The notes under the pieces: generated by a model
The model's database searches: none
Told to the model about the DNA's origin: nothing
Seen by the model: the letters and a program-made list of their open reading frames with translations, nothing else
Source of the DNA: a virus
Taxonomy: Duplodnaviria > Caudoviricetes
IMG/VR virus record: IMGVR_UViG_3300030098_005115
Span: 1-56,959 of that record
DNA length: 56,959 bases
Strand: one strand, 5' to 3'
Part shown: one piece after another, positions 46,933 to 55,267 of the stretch
How the letters are laid out: every line of letters starts with the position of its first letter
How positions within the stretch are numbered: position 1 is the stretch's first letter
Made by a program: the position numbers and the translations under genes

Positions 46933-48962
46933 TGGATAAAGACCCTAGAGCATTATACAATGAAGATCTCCATCGTCAATGGCGAGATGCCCGTTCTGAT
47001 TGGGATACTGAGGCTCGTAAAGACATTGATTTTTATCTTGGTAATCATTTTACTACTGACGAGTCCGATGAACTAGCCAGCCGTAACCAAGCAGATATTC
47101 CTATGGATCGAATATCTTCAGCAATAGAAAAGTTTAAAGCTGTTTTAACAGCAAGACCACCAGCATTTACAATCACTCCTAGGGAAGACTCTGACGTTCA
47201 GATGGCTACAGCATGGAGGACAATAATGGGTTACATCTGGCAAACATCAGATGGTGATTCACAAATAAAACAAGCCATTCAAGACTACGCTACAACAGGG
47301 ATGGGTTATTTATATGCTTATATAGATAGCGAATCAGATTTTGGTAGAGGCGATGTCCGGTTTACATATATTGACCCATTTAGAGTCTACGCATCACCCT
47401 CATCTCGAGACCGATGGTTCAGTGATTCAGATGGTATTATCCTTTCAACCATCCTCACAGGTGAGCAGGTTGTCGGCCTCTACCCTGAATTAGGTGATCA
47501 AAAAGACCCAGAAACTGGAGAAACTATACCGGGTTTAATTAGGCAGATTTCAGGGTTTGTGTATGATGAAGAAGATTACCCTTCCAGTCAAAATAGAAAT
47601 TCAATGACTGTATTTACCCCAGCCGAGGTAAAGGATAAAGATTATTTTGAGGTAAAGAAATATCAGATACTCGAAAGGTTTTATAAGGTAAAGGTTCCTT
47701 ATTTTAGAGTTATAGATATGCAAAGCCAAGAGGAAACAATTTTATCAGAAGAAGAGTTTTTTAAGTTTTCTCAAGAAAACAAAGAGGCACTTGAGATTGA
47801 TGCTTTTAGAGCAGTGAGGGTTTTACAAACCAGAGTGAAGGTTTGTGCTTCTATTGGCGAGATAGTTCTTTATGAACAGATTTTAAATACAGATCAGTAC
47901 CCAATCGTACCACTGCCCAATATCTGGACAGGCACTCCGTACCCAAAGAGTGACGTTTCAAGAGCTAGACCTATGCAAAGACTGCTAAATAAGCTTTGGT
48001 CTCTTGCTCTTTCTCACGCTCAGGCTTCTGCTGGGTTAAAGCTTTTAGTTCCTATTGGAAGCGTTGATGATATAAGCCAGTTGGAGCAGGACTGGGCAAA
48101 CCCCAATGCTGTTATTGAAATAGATTCCTCCCAAGGGGAGCCTCACTATCCTGCTCCGCAGGCTTTAGCTGGTGAGTTTTATAGGTTAATACAGCAGTCA
48201 GAATTTTATATTGATTTTATTTTTGGACTGCCAGAGATGATGCATGGCTTTGCAGAAAAAGCACCCGAGACAGTAAAAGGAACAGAAAGAATGATTGCAT
48301 TAGGATCTGAAAGGCCAAAGTCTAAATTAAGAGATATTGAGTTTAGTATAAATCGCTTAGGTAAAGTGCTTTACAACCTAGCAAAAGGTCACTATACTCA
48401 CAAAAAGATTTTTAGAATTGTTCAACCAAACAATGATATGACAGAGGTGATGGTTAATTTTTATACTGACACAACCAATGCCGTATTAGATATTAAAAAA
48501 TATCGTCACTTCTTAGACCAGCACGACATCAGGATTGAGCCGGGTTCGACTATGCCTTCTAATAAATGGGCAGAGCTTGGTGTTTATCTTGAGGCATTTC
48601 AAATGGGTATTGTAGACAGGTATGAAGTCCTCAAGAAGAATCCAGAAATATTTGATAAGGAAGGTGTAATGAGAAGGACAGATGAGAGACAGCAGATGAT
48701 GCAACAAATACAAGGTATGGAAGAACAATTAAAGAATTTGCAGGGAGACTTGCAAACAGCCCAAAGAGAGTCTATCAGCGATAGAAAGAGAGTCGAAGTT
48801 GAGAAATTCAAAAGTAGATTATCTGAGGTATCTTCAGAATCTAAAGCTGACAGAAGGGTACAACGTAGTAAACTCGAAAACGAGGTGAAGCTCGAAGTGG
48901 GGAAATTGGCAAACAATCTCAAGGATATTGAGAGAAACGCTGGTTCAGCCCCAGAAGCGTAG
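46932..48962 (+). CDS. portal protein, P22-like (module B)
   Basis: 676 aa; homolog of 5027-7195. Confidence 0.88.
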   Translation: MDKDPRALYNEDLHRQWRDARSDWDTEARKDIDFYLGNHFTTDESDELASRNQADIPMDRISSAIEKFKAVLTARPPAFTITPREDSDVQMATAWRTIMGYIWQTSDGDSQIKQAIQDYATTGMGYLYAYIDSESDFGRGDVRFTYIDPFRVYASPSSRDRWFSDSDGIILSTILTGEQVVGLYPELGDQKDPETGETIPGLIRQISGFVYDEEDYPSSQNRNSMTVFTPAEVKDKDYFEVKKYQILERFYKVKVPYFRVIDMQSQEETILSEEEFFKFSQENKEALEIDAFRAVRVLQTRVKVCASIGEIVLYEQILNTDQYPIVPLPNIWTGTPYPKSDVSRARPMQRLLNKLWSLALSHAQASAGLKLLVPIGSVDDISQLEQDWANPNAVIEIDSSQGEPHYPAPQALAGEFYRLIQQSEFYIDFIFGLPEMMHGFAEKAPETVKGTERMIALGSERPKSKLRDIEFSINRLGKVLYNLAKGHYTHKKIFRIVQPNNDMTEVMVNFYTDTTNAVLDIKKYRHFLDQHDIRIEPGSTMPSNKWAELGVYLEAFQMGIVDRYEVLKKNPEIFDKEGVMRRTDERQQMMQQIQGMEEQLKNLQGDLQTAQRESISDRKRVEVEKFKSRLSEVSSESKADRRVQRSKLENEVKLEVGKLANNLKDIERNAGSAPEA

Positions 48963-48982
48963 AGACATCTTAAGGAGGTATT

Positions 48983-49789
48983 ATGAACACACTAGAACAA
49001 CAGGAAGTTGGAGCATTAGAAAATGCCGGAGGCAGTGAAACTGCATTCGTGGAGGATATTGTTAATCAAGAGACCCAAGCTCAAGCAGAGCCTATTCAGG
49101 AACAGCAAGAGCAGGGCTATGTAGACCCTCAACAAGAAGGGACTATTTCAGTAGACTATGAGGCAGAATCTAAAAAGTTTCAGTCTATGTATGATCGAGC
49201 TCAGGCCGAAAATGCAAAGCTAAAACAATTAGAACCTTTAGGTCAGTTACTGGAACAGAGACCTGACATTGTTCAGACGATACAAAACAGTATAGCCAAC
49301 CCACAGAACGCTCAAGAATCACAGCCAGCAATTTCAAGTGACGACTTTAATCCTTGGGAAGCCTTTACGGATGACAATTCTCAATCAAGTCAATATGTCT
49401 CTAAGAAGATAGATGACTTGGTAAATCAAAGAATACAATCTGAAATGGCTAAACAACAACAACAGGTACAGGCAGAGATGGCGATGAACAACACTGTTAG
49501 TGAACTTAGGTCTACCTATAAAATGTCAGATAATGAGATTCGTGACTTTTTAGCGTTCACTACACAACCGAAAGAAGCTGTCGGTCTGAACAATCTCGTA
49601 AAGCTATATAAAATGCAAAATGGGACACCTGTTGAAAACAATGATACAATGGAAGCGGTAAGTGCCGCTAAACAAGCTCCACGAACTGCTGGAGTCCTTC
49701 AAGGACAAGCTCCTGAAAGTCCAAAGACAGATCAAGAAAAAGTCTGGACGACCATCATGGGTAGCGGTAGTGGAACGGCACTTCCCTAA
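48983..49789 (+). CDS. capsid scaffolding protein (module B)
   Basis: Acidic, Q-rich; FQSMYD; AAGGAGG RBS. Confidence 0.75.
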   Translation: MNTLEQQEVGALENAGGSETAFVEDIVNQETQAQAEPIQEQQEQGYVDPQQEGTISVDYEAESKKFQSMYDRAQAENAKLKQLEPLGQLLEQRPDIVQTIQNSIANPQNAQESQPAISSDDFNPWEAFTDDNSQSSQYVSKKIDDLVNQRIQSEMAKQQQQVQAEMAMNNTVSELRSTYKMSDNEIRDFLAFTTQPKEAVGLNNLVKLYKMQNGTPVENNDTMEAVSAAKQAPRTAGVLQGQAPESPKTDQEKVWTTIMGSGSGTALP

Positions 49790-49820
49790 TTAACAAACCT
49801 AAAAACAATAGAGGAAAAAA

Positions 49821-51197
49821 ATGGCAATTTCATATAATTCTGGAACATTAAAGTCCAGTGATATAACTGCTTCAACTACCTCTGCTGGCGTAGGACAAGC
49901 CCCTGATCGTAGACGGCTATATAATTTTGGAGATAGAGTTGCTGAACTGGCACCTGAAGAATCTCCATTTTTCGTCTACCTTTCAAAGGTGGCTAAAGCA
50001 CCTACTGACGACCCTGTATTCCGTTATTTGGAAAATAGGAATAAAATCAACTGGACAGATCGCTCATTCTTACTTGCGGCGGCTGTAAACAGTGGTTCTG
50101 CTGTATCAGCAGGAACTTCATACTCGTTTACAGTAGACACAAGCGGTGGAGCTTCTGTTGATTGGTTACTCAAAGGTATGGTGTTTGTTGTGAATACGGT
50201 TGACGGTACGGCTGGGATTGGTCATACGATTGTTCGTGTGGATTCCGCCGTTACTGACTTAGGATCATCATCTTCCTTTACTGGTAAGATCATTGATGTC
50301 TCTAACTCTAATGTTAGTGGATACAATGTCCTTGCAGATAATGATAGTTGTCAAGTAATTGGTACTTCATTTGAAGAAGGTTCTGGTTCTCCTGACGTTT
50401 TCTCAACTGAGCTTGAAGATAGTTATGGGTACACCCAGATCTTTAAGACAGCCGCAGAGATGACTAACACAGCATACGCTACGAGGTATAGAGGATACGC
50501 AGACGAATGGTCTCGTATCTGGGCAGATAAATTACGAGAGCATAAAGTTGATATTGAAAGAGCTATGCTATTTGGGCAAAAAGCCCGGGTAGGTGGCATT
50601 CAATACACTGAAGGAATCGTTGGACATATTGTAAAAAATGTAAACCCATCATCTTCCGATGGTGCGTTTTCATATACTTCTGGCAGTGCATACTACAGAA
50701 CTGCGGCACAGTCTGAGTTTACATATGATAGACTTCTTTCTGACTTAGAAGTAATCTTCGACCCAGCAAGGGGAGGATCAAGTGATAAGCTTGTTCTTTG
50801 TAGCTTGCCTGTAATTACATTCTTTAACAAGTTAGGCGATGGAGCATTCGTTGATGCTTCAATGGGCCATAGCAACGCACCTTATCGGGTGAACTTTGAC
50901 TCTCGTGAGGGAGCTTTTGGTCATTCTATTATGGTAATTGACACTATTCATGGTCGCTTAAACCTAGTGAAAGAGCCACTGTTTCGTGGTATCGCATCTG
51001 GTTTTATGCTTATGGCTGATATGAGTCAAGTTGCTTACAGACCACTTGTTGGAAATGGAATTAATCGTGATACTCAAGTAATGACCAATGTTCAATCAGC
51101 AGATGAAGATCTTAGAAAAGACATGATCTTGACCGAAGCCGGTCTTGAGATTACCCTTTCTGAGTCTCATGCGTTGTACAACATTGAAGGCTTATAA
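49821..51197 (+). CDS. major capsid protein (module B)
   Basis: TQIFKT, HKVDIERAMLFG; homolog of 8202-9518. Confidence 0.88.
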   Translation: MAISYNSGTLKSSDITASTTSAGVGQAPDRRRLYNFGDRVAELAPEESPFFVYLSKVAKAPTDDPVFRYLENRNKINWTDRSFLLAAAVNSGSAVSAGTSYSFTVDTSGGASVDWLLKGMVFVVNTVDGTAGIGHTIVRVDSAVTDLGSSSSFTGKIIDVSNSNVSGYNVLADNDSCQVIGTSFEEGSGSPDVFSTELEDSYGYTQIFKTAAEMTNTAYATRYRGYADEWSRIWADKLREHKVDIERAMLFGQKARVGGIQYTEGIVGHIVKNVNPSSSDGAFSYTSGSAYYRTAAQSEFTYDRLLSDLEVIFDPARGGSSDKLVLCSLPVITFFNKLGDGAFVDASMGHSNAPYRVNFDSREGAFGHSIMVIDTIHGRLNLVKEPLFRGIASGFMLMADMSQVAYRPLVGNGINRDTQVMTNVQSADEDLRKDMILTEAGLEITLSESHALYNIEGL

Positions 51198-51208
51198 GGA
51201 GTGCGATT

Positions 51209-51676
51209 ATGAAAGCGGCAAGTTTAAATACGTCAAGCGGTCAATATGGTGGCGGCCCAAAAGATGTGGTATTCGTACCAGATGTAGCGGCTTACACTGT
51301 ATCTGCAAATAACAGTAGTAAGGTTCATGTAATGCCTGATCTGACAGCAGATTGTACAATTACATTACCTACTGAAGAAGCAGGTCTTTATTTTGAGTTT
51401 TGGTACGGGGGCACAGCCGCCGATGCCCAAGACTGGATCATAAAGACAACTGGAAATAGCAACTATATGATTGGTGGCCTAGTTGGTCACGATACTGATA
51501 ACGGTGGTGATGACACTGCTGTTATTGATTCTGACAACAATAGTAATTCACAACTTTCTATTTTTACTCCTATAGCAGGAACTTGTGTAAAGATAGTTTG
51601 CGATGGTGTTCTTTGGTATGTCAACGGTCATGTTATTTCAGCAACTGATACCTTCTTGGCTTTTGCAGATCAATAA
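51209..51676 (+). CDS. putative capsid decoration protein
   Basis: Homolog of 9531-9959. Confidence 0.6.
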   Translation: MKAASLNTSSGQYGGGPKDVVFVPDVAAYTVSANNSSKVHVMPDLTADCTITLPTEEAGLYFEFWYGGTAADAQDWIIKTTGNSNYMIGGLVGHDTDNGGDDTAVIDSDNNSNSQLSIFTPIAGTCVKIVCDGVLWYVNGHVISATDTFLAFADQ

Positions 51677-51758
51677 TCCGAATAAATAAGGATAACAGTT
51701 TTTAGTACTGTGGGGGTCTTCGTATAAAGGTTGGCCCCCGAAACTAAAAGGAAGATTT

Positions 51759-51968
51759 ATGAAAATTAAAAAATGTATTCACTGTGGAGCTCCAAATAAA
51801 GAGGGCTGGTTTTACTGCAAAAATTGTGGTAAAAAAGCTTCAGAGAGTAAGTATACTACTAACTTGTGGATGATTTCAGATATGGGTAAAAGAACAGATG
51901 TTGAAATATCTACCCAAAGTATGGATCAAAACATGAGTTCGATGAGAAAAAGAATTGGTTATGGCTAG
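51759..51968 (+). CDS. zinc-ribbon protein
   Basis: CIHCG...CKNCG. Confidence 0.65.
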   Translation: MKIKKCIHCGAPNKEGWFYCKNCGKKASESKYTTNLWMISDMGKRTDVEISTQSMDQNMSSMRKRIGYG

Positions 51969-52272
51969 AAAAAAAGATCCAAGATTAGCTCGTGCTGGAG
52001 TAACAGCTTTTAATAAACCAAAAAGAACTCCGGGGCATCCCAAGAAAAGCCATGTGGTTGTGGCTAAAGTTGGCGATAAGGTAAAGACAATACGGTTTGG
52101 ACAGCAGGGAGTAAAAACAAATCAAACAGTCGGGCAAAGAAAAGCGTTTAAATCTCGCCATGCTAAAAACATAGCAAAGGGGCCAATGTCAGCCGCCTAC
52201 TGGGCAAATCGAGTTAAGTGGAGCCCCAGTAAAACAAAATCAAAATCAATGAAATGGAAGAAAGGAAGTTAG
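51955..52272 (+). CDS. small highly basic protein
   Basis: NKPKRTP.HP.KSH.V...IRFGQQG...FKSRH...YWA. Confidence 0.7.
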   Translation: MVMARKKDPRLARAGVTAFNKPKRTPGHPKKSHVVVAKVGDKVKTIRFGQQGVKTNQTVGQRKAFKSRHAKNIAKGPMSAAYWANRVKWSPSKTKSKSMKWKKGS

Positions 52273-52439
52273 TAATGAATAAAACAGTAAAAGCTCCTAA
52301 AGGTTATCATTGGATGAAATCTGGTTCTAGTTACAAGCTGATGAAAAATCCAGCAGGTGGCTACAAACCACACAAGGGAGCTAGTGTAAATGCTAGTTTT
52401 AAAGTGCAAATGGCACATAAAAAAACTAAAAAGAAGTAA
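52254..52439 (+). CDS. small basic protein
   Basis: KAPKGYHWMK. Confidence 0.6.
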   Translation: MEERKLVMNKTVKAPKGYHWMKSGSSYKLMKNPAGGYKPHKGASVNASFKVQMAHKKTKKK

Positions 52440-52561
52440 TGTCTAAAAAAGTTAGTTGGATGTGGGGTGGTAAAAAACATTATGGCACCTTGATAAGAGA
52501 GACAAAAACTCATAAGTTTGCGAGAACAAAAAACGGAAAAGTAAAAAAGATTAAAAAGTAA
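52439..52561 (+). CDS. 40-aa basic protein
   Basis: MSKKVSWMWGGKKHYGTLIRETKTHKFART...; TAATG coupling on both sides. Confidence 0.6.
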   Translation: MSKKVSWMWGGKKHYGTLIRETKTHKFARTKNGKVKKIKK

Positions 52562-52959
52562 TGGCTGGGTCTGCTAAAAAAACAAAAGGAGCTATGTGGA
52601 AACGAATAGTCGCTTCAGTTAAAGCTGGTAATAAAGGGGGGAGACCGGGGCAGTGGAGTGCTAGAAAAGCACAATTAGCTACGGCAAGATATAAAAAGGC
52701 TGGCGGTGGCTATAAAGGAAAAAAGTCGGCCAGCAATAAATTAACTAAATGGTCAAAGCAGAAATGGGACTATGTTAGTAAGGGGGATGAGAAGAAACCT
52801 CGGAAAAAAAGAGGTCGTTATTTACCGGAGTCTGTTAGAAAGAGTTTAACTGCATCTGAGAAGTCAGCTACAAACAGAAGGAAAAGGGCGGCTTCTGCAA
52901 AAGGAAAGCAAAAAGCTAAATACTCTAAAAAAGTAGCAAGGAAAGTAAGAAGAGCGTAG
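52561..52959 (+). CDS. highly basic protein (GQWSARKAQL motif)
   Basis: K/R-rich; GG.PGQWSARKAQL, W..Q.W, RYLP. Confidence 0.7.
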   Translation: MAGSAKKTKGAMWKRIVASVKAGNKGGRPGQWSARKAQLATARYKKAGGGYKGKKSASNKLTKWSKQKWDYVSKGDEKKPRKKRGRYLPESVRKSLTASEKSATNRRKRAASAKGKQKAKYSKKVARKVRRA

Positions 52960-52960
52960 T

Positions 52961-54082
52961 ATGGCAACATTTGAAGCACAAGTAGAAGCATTAACAAGTT
53001 TGTCTTTGGATGGTAGTAGTGCACCCACTCAAAGTGAGTTAAGTCAGTTCCTTACAGACGGTGCTAAAGAAGTTCTTAATGCTTTGCCAAGAATGAAGCA
53101 ATCTTTATTTACGACTTCCAATGATTTAAATAGTAGTAGTACATATCTTACACTGGGAGGGTCAGAGGTGTTTAGTGTAACAAGAGATGATGGCACCATC
53201 AACCAACCTTGCCGAGCTGTCAGAGCAGAGCTTGGTGGTAAGATTAGAGATGCCGATGATATGATGGCGGCTACAGTAACAGACCCTGCTTACTACATTA
53301 CTAATGGAATTCTAAGCGTTGTTCCAGAGCCAACAAACTCTCAAAATGCCCATGTTCAAACATTAAACTATCCCACAGTTGCATTTGGAGACTCTGCTAT
53401 AACTAAGTTTCCAGACGATGCAGAATATTTAGTTGTTTTGTATGGGGCTATAAAGTCTTTGCAAAACTATCAATCAAACCAAACAGAAAGACTAATAAGC
53501 GGTTCAAGCATTAGCACTCCTTTAACTGCAATAGGCACAGAACTTGGCGAAACCCAAGCCATTTGTGACCTGATAAACACTCAGGTAGATGCGGCTGTAA
53601 CTCAACTAGGAGAATCTTCAACTCAAGTAGATGCTGATATTGATACTGCTTTAGCCGCTATAAACACAGCCGCAGACAGGATAAATACTGCTGTGGCATT
53701 AGCAAATACTCAGTTTGACAGTGCTGTTACTTCTAATACAGCAGAAGATGTAGAGCTTGCAAATTCTCATGTTAATGCCGGCAACGGTTTTTTGTCAGAA
53801 GCTAGGTCTTCAGCAGAAGAAGCAAGCTCTTTTGCTTCGGAGGTGCAGGCTAGGATAGCTCAAGTAGGCGGATACAGTCAAGTTGTTTCTGGTTATATAA
53901 ATTCAGCTCAGGGGTATGCAAATGAAATACAGTCTAAAATAAGTATCTCTCAAGCTTATTCCAACGAGGTGCAGACAAAGATTGCATTGGAAAGAGAGCA
54001 TTATTCAAGGCATGAAAAAATGCAAATGAAGCTACAAGCTGATTACGATAAAGGTTTACAATATTTGATGGGGGGTTCTTAA
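52961..54082 (+). CDS. putative neck/adaptor protein with Ala/Ser-rich coiled-coil insertion
   Basis: Homolog of 10938-11546. Confidence 0.65.
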   Translation: MATFEAQVEALTSLSLDGSSAPTQSELSQFLTDGAKEVLNALPRMKQSLFTTSNDLNSSSTYLTLGGSEVFSVTRDDGTINQPCRAVRAELGGKIRDADDMMAATVTDPAYYITNGILSVVPEPTNSQNAHVQTLNYPTVAFGDSAITKFPDDAEYLVVLYGAIKSLQNYQSNQTERLISGSSISTPLTAIGTELGETQAICDLINTQVDAAVTQLGESSTQVDADIDTALAAINTAADRINTAVALANTQFDSAVTSNTAEDVELANSHVNAGNGFLSEARSSAEEASSFASEVQARIAQVGGYSQVVSGYINSAQGYANEIQSKISISQAYSNEVQTKIALEREHYSRHEKMQMKLQADYDKGLQYLMGGS

Positions 54083-54430
54083 ATGGCTGTACACGCATTA
54101 ACAGTTAAGAAAATTATTAGCAGAGTCAGGCAAGTATTTCCAGAAGCTCCAGAAGCTTATATTATGAGTTTAATTAATGAAGCCTTAGTAGAGATGGGCA
54201 ATCACCACACAAAAGTAGTTAAGGCTAAAATAAACACTGTAGCTAATCAAATGTTTTATGATATTAGTGATAGTGCTAATGACTCAAGTAGTAATAAATT
54301 AGAAGCCAATAAAATATTTAGAGTTGATCTTATGGACAATGAAGGCGATTATATTAAAATACCAAGACTGGTTGATAAAGGTATCTTACTTATGGATGTT
54401 ACCAGCGAAGCAATAAACGAGCCTGATTGA
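54083..54430 (+). CDS. putative head-tail adaptor (N-terminal-like part)
   Basis: Homolog of 10014-10277. Confidence 0.55.
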   Translation: MAVHALTVKKIISRVRQVFPEAPEAYIMSLINEALVEMGNHHTKVVKAKINTVANQMFYDISDSANDSSSNKLEANKIFRVDLMDNEGDYIKIPRLVDKGILLMDVTSEAINEPD

Positions 54431-54861
54431 TGGCTAGTAATATACAATACCCTGAAGATGTAGCTGTTTGGTTTGTTGAAGGTGACTCACTCGCCTTAGT
54501 TACCAATGTTGACAGTGCCGGTACAGCCAGATCTTCTTCTAGGAAGAAATGGAAAGCGATAGAAGAATCTGTCTCTAATGGCTTGTTACTGCACTATTAC
54601 GGGGAACCAAACCCTGTAACTGCTATTACAGACACTCCAGATATTGACAATACTTTACACAGTGCTCTTGTAGACTATGTAAAAAGATGTTTATATATGG
54701 ATAGGGCAGGGGCTTCAAGAGACCCTAATGTTGCACAAACCTCAATGGCTTTGATGGGTCAACACGAAAAAAGATTTAATGACATTCTAAAAAGATTTGG
54801 AATGAGAAAAAGAGATAAGACTGGCGGTACTCGTGCAGTTTTACCTTTTAATTTTACATAA
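54427..54861 (+). CDS. putative head-tail adaptor/neck protein
   Basis: Homolog of 10277-10687. Confidence 0.55.
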   Translation: MMASNIQYPEDVAVWFVEGDSLALVTNVDSAGTARSSSRKKWKAIEESVSNGLLLHYYGEPNPVTAITDTPDIDNTLHSALVDYVKRCLYMDRAGASRDPNVAQTSMALMGQHEKRFNDILKRFGMRKRDKTGGTRAVLPFNFT

Positions 54862-54921
54862 CTGTTTGTATAGGGAGTGGTTCTTGCCCCGCAAGACAAA
54901 CAAAATTAGCAGGAGAACACT

Positions 54922-55257
54922 ATGGCTAACCTACAAAAATTTAGGGCCCATGAATCATTAAACGTTGAGACGGCTGGAGAATGGCAAGTACAAAGTGCTG
55001 TTACGGCTGATGCTGATGGAGTTGCTGTTGATGTAACTAGCTATCATCAAGTTCATCTAATGTCTGATAATGATTTTTATTTTACTTTTAATACCACTGG
55101 GACAGATTCCGACATAAATACATCTAACGACCTTTACTTAAAAGGTGGTGACACAATATACACATTAAAGGTACCTCGAGGTCTTGGCAATTCTGTACAT
55201 TTAATAATGGAACGAAAAGGTAGCTCTGATGCAACAGTTAGAGTTATCCTAGCTTAG
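54922..55257 (+). CDS. small beta-rich virion protein, MANLQK family
   Basis: MANLQKFRAHESLN; AGGAG RBS. Confidence 0.65.
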   Translation: MANLQKFRAHESLNVETAGEWQVQSAVTADADGVAVDVTSYHQVHLMSDNDFYFTFNTTGTDSDINTSNDLYLKGGDTIYTLKVPRGLGNSVHLIMERKGSSDATVRVILA

Positions 55258-55267
55258 GGGGTGCACG

